64,000 nt of DNA, taken from assembly GCA_964016885.1 (NCBI GenBank), contig OZ024749.1, positions 16,306,001-16,370,000 of the forward strand. Direction: 5' to 3'. Positions within the stretch are counted from its first letter, which is position 1. The number at the start of each line of letters is the position of its first letter. Source of the stretch: Eledone cirrhosa. Lineage: Eukaryota. The notes under the pieces are model-generated. The model was not told the origin of the DNA and searched no databases. It saw only the letters and a list, made by a program, of their open reading frames with translations. Both the position numbers and the translations under genes were made by a program. Of the stretch, positions 1-18,000 are shown piece by piece.

Positions 1-3000
1 ATTACTACAACCAACACTACCACTAACACCATCACCAATACAACCATTACAACTACCAACACTACCACTAACACCACCACCACCCAAAATACTACTACCA
101 ACACTACCACTAACACCACCACCAATACCCCCATTACTACTACCAACACTACCACTACACCACCACCAATACTACTACCAACACTACCACTAACACCACC
201 ACCAATACCACCAATACTACTACCAACACTACCACTAACAAAACCACCAATACCACCATTACTACTACCAACACTACCACTAACACCACCACCAATACCA
301 CCAATACTACTACCAACACTACCACTAATACCACCACCAATACCACCAATACTACTACCAACACTACCACTAACACCACCACCAATACCCCCATTACTAC
401 TACCAACACTACCACAAAACCACCACCAATACTACTACCAACACTACCACTAACACCACCATCAATACCACCAATACTACTACCAACACTACTTCTAATA
501 CCACCACCAATACCACCACTACCAGTAACACCACCACCAATACCCCCATTACTACTACCAATACTACCACTAACACCACCACCAATACCACCATTAGTAC
601 TACCAACACTACCACTAACACAACCACCAATACCACCATTACTACTACCAACACTACCACTAATACCACCACCAATACCACCAATACTACTACCAACATT
701 ACCACTAATACCATCACCAATACCACAAAGACTACTACCAACACTACCACTAACGCCACCAGCAATACCCCCATTACTACTACCAACACTACCACTAACA
801 CCATCACCAATACCACCATTACTACTACCAACACTACCACTAACACCAACTCCAATACCACCAATACTACTACCAACACTACCACTAAAACCACCACCAA
901 TACCACCATTACTACTACCAACACTACCACTAACACCACCACCAATACCACCATTACTACTACCAACACTACCACTAACACCACCACCAATACCACCAAT
1001 ACTACTACCAACACTACCACTAACACCACCACCAATACCACCATTACTACTACCAACACTACCACTAAAACCACCACCAATACCACCATTACTACAACCA
1101 ACACTACCACTAACACCATCACCAATACAACCATTACAACTACCAACACTACCACTAACACCACCACCAATACCCCCATTACTACTACCAACACTACCAC
1201 TACACCACCACCAATACTACTACCAACACTACCACTAACACCACCACCAATACCACAAATACTACTACCAACACTACCACTAACACCACCACCAATACCA
1301 CCATTACTACAACCAACACTACCACTAACACCACCACCAATACCACCAATACTACTACCAACACTACTACTAATACCACCACCATTACCACCACTACCAG
1401 TAACACCACCACCAATACCCCCATTACTACTACCAATACTACCACTAACATCACCACCAATACCACCATTAGTACTACCAACACTACCACTAACACCACC
1501 ACCAATACCACCATTACTACTACCAACACTACCACTAATACCACCACCAATACCACCAATACTACTACCAACATTACCACTAATACCACCACCATGACCA
1601 CCAATACTACTACCAACACTACCACTAACGCCACCACCAATACCACCATTACTACTACCAACACTACCACTAACACCATCACCAATACCACCATTACTAC
1701 TACCAACACTACCACTAACACCACCACCAATACCACCAATACTACTACCAACACTACCACTAACACCACCACCAATACCACCATTACTACTACCAACACT
1801 ACCAGTAACACCACCACCAATACCACCATTACTACTACCAACACTACCACTAATACCACCACCAATACCACCAATACTACTACCAACATTACCACTAACG
1901 CCACCACCAATACCACCATTACTACTACCAACACTACCACTAACACCACCACCAATACCACCAATACTACTACCAACACCACCAGCAATACCACCATTAC
2001 TACTACCAATACTACCACTAACACCACCACCAATACCACCATAACTACTACCAACACTACCACTAACACCACCACCAATACCACCATTACTACTACCAAC
2101 ACTACCACGAACGTCACCACCAATACCACCATTACAACTACCAACACTACCACTAATACCACGACCAATACCACCAATACTACTACCAACACTACCACTA
2201 ACGCCACCACCAATGCCACCATTACTACTACCAACACTACCACTAAACCACCACCAATACTACTACCAACACTACCACTAACACCACCACCAGAACCACC
2301 AATACTACTACCAACACTACCACGAAGACCACCACCAATACTACTACCAACACTACCACTAACACCACCACCAATACCACCAATACTTCTACCAACACTA
2401 CCACTAACACCACTACCAATACTACCAATACTACTACCAACACTACCACTAACACCACCACCAATACCACCAATACTACTACCAACACTATCACTAACAC
2501 CACCACCAATACCACCATTACTACTACCAACACTACCACTAACACCACCACCAATACCACCATTACTACAACCAACACTACCACTAACACCATCACCAAT
2601 ACAACCATTACAACTACCAACACTACCACTAACACCACCACCACCCAAAATACTACTACCAACACTACCACTAACACCACCACCAATACCCCCATTACTA
2701 CTACCAACACTACCACTACACCACCACCAATACTACTACCAACACTACCACTAACACCACCACCAATACCACCAATACTACTACCAACACTACCACTAAC
2801 AAAACCACCAATACCACCATTACTACTACCAACACTACCACTAACACCACCACCAATACCACCAATACTACTACCAACACTACCACTAATACCACCACAA
2901 ATACCACCAATACTACTACCAACACTACCACTAACACCACCACCAATACCCCCATTACTACTACCAACACTACCACAACACCACCACCAATACTACTACC

Positions 3001-6000
3001 AACACTACCACTAACACCACCATCAATACCACCAATACTACTACCAACACTACCACTAACACCACCATCAATACCACCAATACTACTACCAATACTACCA
3101 CTAACACCACCACCAATACCACCATAACTACTACCAACACTACCACTAACACCACCACCAATACCACCATTACTACTACCAACACTACCACTAACGTCAC
3201 CACTAATACCACCATTACTACTACCAACACTACCACTAATACCACGACCAATACCACCAATACTACTACCAACACTACCACTAACAGCACCACCAATACA
3301 ACCAATACTACTACCAACACTACCACGAAGACCACCACCAATACCACCAATACTACTACCAACACTACCACTAACACCACCACCAATACCACCAATACTT
3401 CTACCAACACTACCACTAACACCACTACCAATACCACCAATACTACTACCAACACTACCACTAACACCACCACCAATACCACCAATACTACTACCAACAC
3501 TACCATTAACACCACCACCAATACCACCATTACTACCACCAACACTACCACTAACACCACCACCAATACCACCAATACTACTACCAACACTACCACTACC
3601 ACCATCACCAATACCATAATTACTACTACCAACACTACCACTAACATCATCACCAATACCACAATTACTACTACCAACACTACCACTAACACCACCACCA
3701 ATACCCCCATTACTACTACCAACACTACCACTAACACCAACACCAATACTACCAATACTACTACCAACACTACCACTACACCACCACCAATACTACTACC
3801 AACACTACCACTAACACCACCACCAATACCACCATTACTACTACCAACACTACCACTAACACCACCACCAATACGACCAATACTACTACCAACACTACTA
3901 CTAATACCACCACCAATACCACCACTACCAGTAACACCACCACCAATACCACAAATACTACTACCAACACTACCACTACCACCATCACCAATACCAACAT
4001 TACTACTACCAACACTACCACTAACACCATCACCAATACCACCATTACTACTACCAACACTACCACTAACACCACCACCAATACCCCCATTACTACTACC
4101 AACACTACCACTACACCACCACCAATACTACTACCAACACTACCACTAACACCACCACCGATACCCCCATTACTACTACCAACACTACCACTACACAACC
4201 ACCAATACTACTACCAACACTGCCACTAACACCACCACCAATACCACCAATACTACTACCAACACTACCAGCAATACCACCATTACTACTACCAACACTG
4301 CCACTAACACCACCACCAATACCATCAATACTACTACCAACACTACCACTAACACCACCACCAATACCACCATTACTACTACCAACAATACCTCTAACAC
4401 CACCACCAATACCACCAATACTAAAACCAACACTACCACTAACACCACCACCAATACCACCATTACTACTACCAACACTACCACTAACACCACCACCAAT
4501 ACACCCATTACTACTACCAACACTACCACTACACCACCACCAATACTACTACCAACACTACCACTAACACCACCACCAATACCACAAATACTACTACCAA
4601 CACTACCACTAACACCACCACCAATACCACCATTACTACTACCAACACTACCACTAACACCACCACCAATACGACCAATACTACTACCAACACTACTACT
4701 AATACCACCACCAATACCACCACTACCAGTAACACCACCACCAATACCCCCATTAGTACTACCAACACTACCACTAACACCACCACCAATACCACCATTA
4801 GTACTACCAACACTACCACTAACACCACCACCAATACCACCATTACTACTACCAACAATACCACTAATACCACCACCAATACCACCAATACTACTACCAA
4901 CATTACCACTAATACCACCACCATTACAACCAATACTACTACCAACACTACCACTAACGCCACCACCAATACCACCATTACTACTACCAACACTACCACT
5001 AACACCACCACCAATACCACCAATACTACTACCAACACTACCACTAACACCACCACCAATACCACCATTACTACTACCAACACTACCAGTAACACCACCA
5101 CCAATACCACCATTACTACTACCAACACTACCACCAATACCACCACCAATACCACCAATACTACTACCAACACTACCACTAACGCCACCACCAATACCAC
5201 CATTACTACTGCCAACACTACCACTAACACCATCACCAATACCAACATTACTACTACCAACACTACCACTACCACCACCACCAATACCACCAATACTACT
5301 ACCAACACTACCACTAACGCCACCACCAATGCCACCATTACTACTACCAACACTACCACTAAACCACCACCAATACTACTACCAACACTACCACTAACAC
5401 CACCACCAATACCACCAATACTACTACAAAAAATATCACGAAGACCACCACCAATACCACCAATACTACTACCAACACTACCACTAACACCACCACCAAT
5501 ACCACCAATACTTCTACCAACACTACCACTAACACCACTACCAATACCACCAATACTACTACCAACACTACCACTAACACCACCACCAATACCACCATTA
5601 CTACTACCAACACTACCACTAACACCACCACCAATACCACCAATACTACTACCAACACTACCATTAACACCACCACCAATACCACCATTACTACCACCAA
5701 CACTACCACTAACACCACCACCAATACCACCAATACTACTACCAACACTACCACTACCACCATCACCAATACCATAATTACTACTACCAACACTACCACT
5801 AACATCATCACCAATACCACAATTACTACTACCAACACTACCACTAACACCACCACCAATACCCCCATTACTACTACCAACACTACCACTAACAGCACCA
5901 CCAATACCACCAATACTACTACCAACACTACCACTACACCACCACCAATACTACTACCAACACTACCACTAACACCACCACCAATACCACCATTACTACT

Positions 6001-9000
6001 ACCAACACTACCACTAACACCACCACCAATACCAACAATACTACTACCAACACTACCATTAACACCACCACCAATACCACCATTACTACTACCAACACTA
6101 CCACTAACACCACCACCAATACCACCAATACTACTACCAACACTACCACTACCACCATCACCAATACCAACATTACTACTACCAACACTACCACTAACAC
6201 CATCACCAATAACACCATTACTACTACCAACACTACCACTAACACCACCACCAATACCCCCATTACTACTACCAACACTACCACTACACCACCACCAATA
6301 CTACTACCAACACTACCACTAACACCACCACCAATACCACCATTACTGCTACCAACACTGCCACTAACACCACCACCAATACCACCAATACTACTACCAA
6401 CACTACCAGCAATACCACCATTACTACTACCAACACTGCCACTAACACCACCACCAATACCATCATTACTACTACCAACACTACCACTAACACCACCACC
6501 AATACCCCCATTACTACTACCAACACTACCACTACACCACCACCAATACTACTACCAACACTACCACTAACACCACCACCAATACCACCATTACTGCTAC
6601 CAACACTGCCACTAACACCACCACCAATACCACGAATACTACTACCAACACTACCAGCAATACCACCATTACTACTACCAACACTGCCACTAACACCACC
6701 ACCAATACCATCATTACTACTACCAACACTACCACTACACCACCACCAATACTACTACCAACACTACCACCAATACCACCATTACTGCTACCAACACTGC
6801 CACTAACACCACCACCAATACCACCAATACTACTACCAACACTACCAGCAATACCACCATTACTACTACCAACACTACCACTAACACCACCACCAATACC
6901 ATCATTACTACTACCAACAATACCTCTAACACCACCACCAATACCACCAATACTAAAACCAACACTACCACTAACACCACCACCAATACCACTATTACTA
7001 CTACCAACACTACCACTAACACCACCACCAATACCCCCATTACTACTACCAACACTACCACTACACCACCACCAATACTACTACCAACACTACCACTAAC
7101 ACCACCACCAATACCACAAATACTACTACCAACACTACCACTAACACCACCACCAATACCACCATTAGTACTACCAACACTACCACTAACACCACCACCA
7201 ATACCACCATTAGTACTACCAACACTACCACTAACACCACCACCAATACCACCATTACTACTACCAACACTACCACTAATACCACCACCAATACCACCAA
7301 TACTACTACCAACATTACCACTAATACCACCACCATTACAACCAATACTACTACCAACACTACCACTAATACCACCACCAATACCACCAATACTACTACC
7401 AACATTACCACTAATACCATCACCAATACCACAAAGACTACTACCAACACCACCACTAACGCCACCAGCAATACCCCCATTACTACTACCAACACTACCA
7501 CTAACACCATCACCAATACCACCATTACTACTACCAACACTACCACTAACACCACCACCAATACCACCAATACTACTACCAACACTACCACTAAAACCAC
7601 CACCAATACCACCATTACTACTACCAACACTACCACTAACACCACCACCAATACCACCATTACTACTACCAACACTACCACTAACACCACCACCAATACC
7701 ACCAATACTACTACCAACACTACCACTAACACCACCACCAATACCACCATTACTACTACCAACACTACCACTAAAACCACCACCAATACCACCATTACTA
7801 CAACCAACACTACCACTAACACCATCACCAATACCACCATTACAACTACGAACACTACCACTAACACCACCACCAATACCCCCATTACTACTACCAACAC
7901 TACCACTACACCACCACCAATACTACTACCAACACTACCACTAACACCACCACCAATACCACAAATACTACTACCAACACTACCACTAACACCACCACCA
8001 ATACCACCATTACTACAACCAACACTACCACTAACACCACCACCAATACCACCAATACTACTACCAACACTACTACTAATACCACCACCATTACCACCAC
8101 TACCAGTAACACCACCACCAATACCCCCATTACTACTACCAATACTACCACTAACATCACCACCAATACCACCATTAGTACTACCAACACTACCACTAAC
8201 ACCACCACCAATACCACCATTACTACTACCAACACTACCACTAATACCACCACCAATACCACCAATACTACTACCAACATTACCACTAATACCACCACCA
8301 TTACCACCAATACTACTACCAACACTACCACTAACGCCACCACCAATACCACCATTACTACTACCAACACTACCACTAACACCATCACCAATACCACCAT
8401 TACTACTACCAACACTACCACTAACACCACCACCAATACCACCAATACTACTACCAACACTACCACTAACACCACCACCAATACCACCATTACTACTACC
8501 AACACTACCAGTAACACCACCACCAATACCACCATTACTACTACCAACACTACCACTAATACCACCACCAATACCACCAATACTACTACCAACATTACCA
8601 CTAACGCCACCACCAATACCACCATTACTACTACCAACACTACCACTAACACCACCACCAATACCACCAATACTACTACCAACACCACCAGCAATACCAC
8701 CATTACTACTACCAATACTACCAATAACACCACCACCAATACCACCATAACTACTACCAACACTACCACTAACACCACCACCAATACCACCATTACTACT
8801 ACCAACACTACCACTAACGTCACCACCAATACCACCATTACTACTACCAACACTACCACTAATACCACGACCAATACCACCAATACTACTACCAACACTA
8901 CCACTAACGCCACCACCAATGCCACCATTACTACTACCAACACTACCACTAAACCACCACCAATACTACTACCAACACTACCACTAACACCACCACCAAT

Positions 9001-12000
9001 ACCACCAATACTACTACCAACACTACCACGAAGACCACCACCAATACCACCAATACTACTACCAACACTACCACTAACACCACCACCAATACCACCAATA
9101 CTTCTACCAACACTACCACTAACACCACTACCAATACCACCAATACTACTACCAACACTACCACTAACATCACCACCAATACCACCAATACTACTACCAA
9201 CACTACCATTAACACCACCACCAATACCACCATTACTACCACCAACACTACCACTAACACCACCACCAATACCACCAATACTACTACCAACACTACCACT
9301 ACCACCATCACCAATACCATAATTACTACTACCAACACTACCACTAACATCATCACCAATACCACAATTACTACTACCAACACTACCACTAACACCACCA
9401 CCAATACCATCAATACTACTACCAACACTACCACTAACACCACCACCAATACCACCATTACTACTACCAACAATACCTCTAACACCACCACCAATACCAC
9501 CAATACTAAAACCAACACTACCACTAACACGACCACCAATACCACCATTACTACTACCAACACTACCACTAACACCACCACCAATACCCCCATTACTACT
9601 ACCAACACTACCACTACACCACCACCAATACTACTACCAACACTACCACTAACACCACCACCAATACCACAAATACTACTACCAACACTTCCACTAACAC
9701 CACCAACAATACCACCATTACTACTACCAACACTACCACTAACACCACCACCAATACGACCAATACTACTACCAACACTACTACTAATACCACCACCAAT
9801 ACCACCACTACCAGTAACACCACCACCAATACCCCCATTGCTACTACCAATACTACCACTAACACCACTCACCAATACCACCATTAGTACTACCAACACT
9901 ACCAGTAACACCACCACCAATACCACCATTAGTACTACCAACACTACCACTAACACCACCACCAATACCACCATTACTACTACCAACACTACCACTAATA
10001 CCACCACCAATACCACCAATACTACTACCAACATTACCACTAATACCACCACCATTACAACCAATACTACTACCAACACTACCACTAACGCCACCACCAA
10101 TACCACCATTACTACTACCAACACTACCACTAACACCACCACCAATACCACCAATACTACTACCAACACTACCACTAACACCACCACCAATACCACCATT
10201 ACTACTACCAACACTACCAGTAACACCACCACCAATACCACCATTACTACTACAAACACTACCACTAATACCACCACCAATACCACCAATACTACTACCA
10301 ACACTACCACTAACGCCACCACCAATACCACCATTACTACTACCAACACTACCACTAACACCATCACCAATACCAACATTACTACTACCAACACTACCAC
10401 TACCACCACCACCTATACCACCAATACTACTACCAACACTACCACTATCGCCACCACCAATGCCACCATTACTACTACCAACACTACCACTAAACCACCA
10501 CCAATACTACTACCAACACTACCACTAACACCACCACCAATACCACCAATACTACTACCAACACTACCACGAAGACCACCACCAATACCACCAATACTAC
10601 TACCAACACTACCACTAACACCACCACCAATACCACCAATACTTCTACCAACACTACCACTAACACCACTACCAATACCACCAATACTACTACCAACACT
10701 ACCACTAACACCACCACCAATACCACCATTACTACTACCAACACTACCACTAACACCACCACCAATACAACCAATACTACTACCAACACTACCATTAACA
10801 ACACCACCAATACCACCATTACTACCACCAACACTACCACTAACACCACCACCAATACCACCAATACTACTACCAACACTACCACTACCAAAATCACCAA
10901 TACCATAATTACTACTACCAACACTACCACTAACATCATCACCAATACCACAATTACTACTACCAACACTACCACTAACACCACCACCAATACCCCCATT
11001 ACTACTACCAACACTACCACTAACACCACCACCAATACCACCAATACTACTACCAACACTACCACTACACCACCACCAATACTACTACCAACACTACCAC
11101 TAACACCACCACCAATACCACCATTACTACTACCAACACTACCACTAACACCACCACCAATACCAACAATACTACTACCAACACTACCATTAACACCACC
11201 ACCAATACCACCATTACTACTACCAACACTACCACTAACACCACCACCAATACCACCAATACTACTACCAACACTACCACTACCACCATCACCAATACCA
11301 ACATTACTACTACCAACACTACCACTAACACCATCACCAATACCACCATTACTACTACCAACACTACCACTAACACCACCACCAATACCCCCATTACTAC
11401 TACCAACACTACCACTACACCACCACCAATACTACTACCAACACTACCACTAACACCACCACCAATACCACCATTACTACTATCAACACTGCCACTAACA
11501 CCACCACCAATACCACCAATACTACTACCAACACTACCAGCAATACCACCATTACTACTACCAACACTGCCACTAACACCACCACCAATACCATCAATAC
11601 TACTACCAACACTACCCCTAACACCACCACCAATACCACCAATACTACTACCAACACTACCACTAAGACCACCACCAATACCACCAATACTACTACCAAC
11701 ACTACCACTAACACCACCACCAATACCACCATTAGTACTACCAACACTACCACTAACACCACCACCAATACCACCATTACTACTACCAACACTACCACTA
11801 ATACCACCACCAATACCACCAATACTACTACCAACATTACCACTAATACCACCACCATTACAACCAATACTACTACCAACACTACCACTAACGCCACCAC
11901 CAATACCACCATTACTACTACCAACACTACCACTAACACCACCACCAATACCACCAATACTACTACCAACACTACCACTAACACCACCACCAATACCACC

Positions 12001-15000
12001 ATTACTACTACCAACACTACCAGTAACACCACCACCAATACCACCATTACTACTACCAACACTACCACTAATACCACCACCAATACCACCAATACTACTA
12101 CCAACACTACCACTAACGCCACCACCAATACCACCATTACTACTGCCAACACTACCACTAACACCATCACCAATACCAACATTACTACTACCAACACTAC
12201 CACTACCACCACCACCAATACCACCAATACTACTGCCAACACCACCAGCAATACCACCATTTCTACTACCAATACTACCACTAACACCACCACCAATACC
12301 ACCATAACTACTACCAACACTACCACTAACACCACCACCAATACCACCATTACTACTACCAACACTACCACTAACACCACCACCAATACCACCATTCCTA
12401 CTACCAACACGACCACTAATACCACCACCAATACCACCAATACTACTACCAACACTACCACTAACGCCACCACCAATGCCACCATTACTACTACCAACAC
12501 TACCACTAAACCACCACCAATACTACTACCAACACTACCACTAACACCACCACCAATACCAGCAATACTACTACCAACACTACCACTACCACCATCACCA
12601 ATACCATAATTACTACTACCAACACTACCACTAACATCATCACCAATACCACCATTACTACTACCAACACTACCACTAACACCACCACCAATACCCCCAT
12701 TACTACTACCAACACTACCACTAACACCACCACCAATACCACCAATACTACTACCAACACTACCACTACACCACCACCAATACTACTACCAACACTACCA
12801 CTACCACCATCACCAATACCAACATTACTACTACCAACACTACCACTAACACCATCACCAATACCACCATTACTACTACCAACACAACCACTAACACCAC
12901 CACCAATACCACCATTACTACTACCATCACTACCACTAACACCACCACCAATACCACCAATACTACTACCAACACTACCACTAACACCACCACCAATACC
13001 ACCATTACTACTACCAACACTACCACTAACACCACCACCAATACCACCAATACTACTACCAACACTACCATTAACACCACCACCAATACCACCATTACTA
13101 CTACCAACACTACCACTAACACCACCACCAATACCACCAATACTACTACCAACACTACCACTACCACCATCACCAATACCAACATTACTACTACCAATAC
13201 TACCACTAACACGATCAACAATACCACCATTACTACTACCAACACTACCACTAACACCACCACCAATACCCCCATTACTACTACCAACACTACCACTACA
13301 CCACCACCAATACTACTACCAACACTACCACTAACACCACCACCAATACCACCATTACTACTACCAACACTACCACTAACACCACCACCAATACCACCAA
13401 TACTACTACCAACACTACCACTAACACCGCCACCAATACCACCATTACTACTACCAACACTACCACTAACACCACCACCAATACCACCGATACTACTACC
13501 AACACCACCAGCAATACCACCATTACTACTACCAACACTGCCACTAACACCACCACCAATACCATCAATACTACTACCAACACTACCACTAACACCACCA
13601 CCAATACCACCATTACTACTACCAACAATACCTCTAACACCACCACCAATACCACCAATACTAAAACCAACACTACCACTAACACCACCACCAATACCAC
13701 CATTACTACTACCAACACTACCACTAACACCACCACCAATACCACCATTACAACTACCAACACTACCACTAACACCACCACCAATACCCCCATTACTACT
13801 ACCAACACTACCACTACACCACCACCAATACTACTACCAACACTACCACTAACACCACCACAAATACCACAAATACTACTACCAACACTACCACTAACAC
13901 CACCACCAATACCACCATTACTACTACCAACACAACCACTAACACCACCACCAATACCACCATTACTACTACCATCACTACCACTAACACCACCACCAAT
14001 ACCACCAATACTACTACCAACACTACCACTAAAACCACCACCAATACCACCATTACTACTACCAACACTACCACTAACACCACCACCAATACCACCAATA
14101 CTACTACCAACACTACCATTAACACCACCACCAATACCACCATTACTACTACCAACACTACCACTAACACCACCACCAATACCACCAATACTACTACCAA
14201 CACTACCACTACCACCATCACCAATACCAACATTACTACTACCAATACTACCACTAACACGATCACCAATACCACCATTACTACTACCAACACTACCACT
14301 AACACCACCACCAATACCCTCATTACTACTACCAACACTACCACTACACCACCACCAATACTACTACCAACACTACCACTAACACCACCACCAATACCAC
14401 CATTACTACTACCAACACTACCACTAACACCACCACCAATACCACCAATACTACTACCAACACCACCAGCAATACCACCATTACTACTACCAACACTGCC
14501 ACTAACACCACCACCAATACCATCAATACTACTACCAACACTACCACTAACACCACCACCAATACCACCATTACTACTACCAACACGACCACTAATACCA
14601 CCACCAATACCACCAATACTACTACCAACACTACCACTAACGCCACCACCAATGCCACCATTACTACTACCAACACTACCACTAAACCACCACCAATACT
14701 ACTACCAACACTACCACTAACACCACCACCAATACCAGCAATACTACTACCAACACTACCACTACCACCATCACCAATACCATAATTACTACTACCAACA
14801 CTACCACTAACATCATCACCAATACCACCATTACTACTACCAACACTACCACTAACACCACCACCAATACCACCATTACAACTACCAACACTACCACTAA
14901 CACCACCACCAATACCCCCATTACTACTACCAACACTACCACTACACCACCACCAATACTACTACCAACACTACCACTAACACCACCACCAATACCACAA

Positions 15001-18000
15001 ATACTACTACCAACACTACCACTAACACCACCACCAATACCACCATTACTACTACCAACACTACCACTAACACCACCACCAATACCACCAATACTACAAC
15101 CAACACTACTACTAATACCACCACCAATACCACCAATACCAGTAACACCACCACCAATACCCCCATTGCTACTACCAATACTACCACTAACACCACCACC
15201 AATACCACCATTAGTACTACCAACACTACCACTAACACCACCACCAATACCACTATTAGTACTACCAACACTACCACTAACACCACCACCAATACCACCA
15301 TTACTACTACCAACACTACCACTAATACCACCACCAATACCACTAATACTACTACCAACATTGCCACTAATACCACCACCAATACCACCAATACTACTAC
15401 CAACACTACCACTAACGCCACCACCAATACCACCATTACTACTACCAACACTACCACTAACACCATCACCAATACCAACATTACTGCTACCAACACTACC
15501 ACTAACACCACCACCAATACCACCAATACTACTACCAACACCACCAGCAATACCACCATTACTACTACCAACACTACCACTAACACCACCACCAATACCA
15601 CCATAACTACTACCAACACTACCACTAACACCACCACCAATACCACCATTACTACTACCAACAGTACCACTAACGTCACCACCAATACCACCATTACTAC
15701 TACCAACACTACCACTAATACCACCACCAATACCACCAATACTACTACCAACACTACCACTAACGCCACCACCAATGCCACCATTACTACTACCAACACT
15801 ACCACTAAACCACCACCAATACTACTACCAACACTACCCCTAACACCACCACCAATACCACCAATACTACTACCAACACTACCACTAAGACCACCACCAA
15901 TACCACCAATACTACTACCAACACTACCACTAACACCACCACCAATACCACCAATACTACTACCAACACTACCACTAACACCACCACCAATACCACCATT
16001 ACTACTACCAACACCACCAGCAATACCACCATTTCTACTACCAACACTACCACTAACACCACCACCAATACCACCAATACTACTACCAACACCACCAGCA
16101 ATACCACCATTACTACTACCAATACTACCACTAACACCACCACCAATACCACCATAACTACTACCAACACTACCACTAACACCACCACCAATACCACCAT
16201 TACTACTACCAACACTACCACTAACGTCACCACCAATACCACCATTACTACTACCAACACTACCACTAAGACCACCACCAATACCACCAATACTACTACC
16301 AACACTACCACTAACACCACCACCAATACCACCAATACTACTACCAACACTACCACTAATACCACCACCAATACCACTAATACTACTACCAACACTACCA
16401 CTAACGCCACCACCAATGCCACCATTACTACTACCAACACTACCACTAAACCACCACCAATACTACTACCAACACTACCACTAACACCACCACCAATACC
16501 ACCAATACTACTACCAACACTACCACTAAGACCACCACCAATACCACCAATACTACTACCAACACTACCACTAACACCATCACCAATACCAACATTACTA
16601 CTACCAACACTACCACTAACACCACCACCAATACCACCAATACTACTACCAACACCACCAGCAATACCACCATTTCTACTACCAATACTACCACTAACAC
16701 CACCACCAATACCACCATAACTACTACCAACACTACCACTAACACCACCACCAATACCACCAATACTACTACCAACACTACCACTAACGCCACCACCAAT
16801 GCCACCATTACTACTACCAACACTACCACTAAACCACCACCAATACTACTACCAACACTACCACTAACACCACCACCAATACCACCAATACTACTACCAA
16901 CACTACCACTACCACCATCACCAATACCATAATTACTACTACCAACACTACCACTAACACCACCACCAATACCACCAATACTACTACCAACACTACCACT
17001 ACACCACCACCAATACTACTACCAACACTACCACTAACACCACCACCAATATCACCATTACTACTACCAACACTACCACTAACACCACCACCAATACCAC
17101 CAATACTACTACCAACACTACCATTAACACCTCCACCAATACCACCATTACTACTACCAACACAACCACTAACACCACCACCAATACTACTACCAACACT
17201 ACCACTACCACCATCACCAATACCAACATTACTACTACCAACACTACCACTAACACCATCACCAATACCACCATTACTACTACCAACACAACCACTAACA
17301 CCACCACCAATACCCCCATTACTACTACCAAGACTACCACTACACCACCACCAATACTACTACCAACACTACCACTAACACCACCACCAATACCACCATT
17401 ACTACTACCATCACTACCACTAACACCACCACCAATACCACCAATACTACTACCAACACTACCACTAACACCACTACCAATACCACCATTACTACTACCA
17501 ACACTACCACTAACACCACCACCAATACCACCAATACTACTACCAACACTACCATTAACACCACCACCAATACCACCATTACTACTACCAACACTACCAC
17601 TAACACCACCACCAATACCACCAATACTACTACCAACACTACCACTACCACCATCACCAATACCAACATTACTACTACCAACACTACCACTAACAACATC
17701 ACCAATACCACCATTACTACTACCAACACTACCACTAACACCACCACCAATACCCCCATTACTACTACCAACACTACCACTACACCACCACCAATACTAC
17801 TACCAACACTACCACTAACACCACCACCAATACCACCATTACTACTACCAACACTACCACTAACACCACCACCAATACCACCAATACTACTACCAACACT
17901 ACCACTAACACCGCCACCAATACCACCATTACTACTACCAACACTACCACTAACACCACCACCAATACCACCAATACTACTACCAACACTACCACTAACA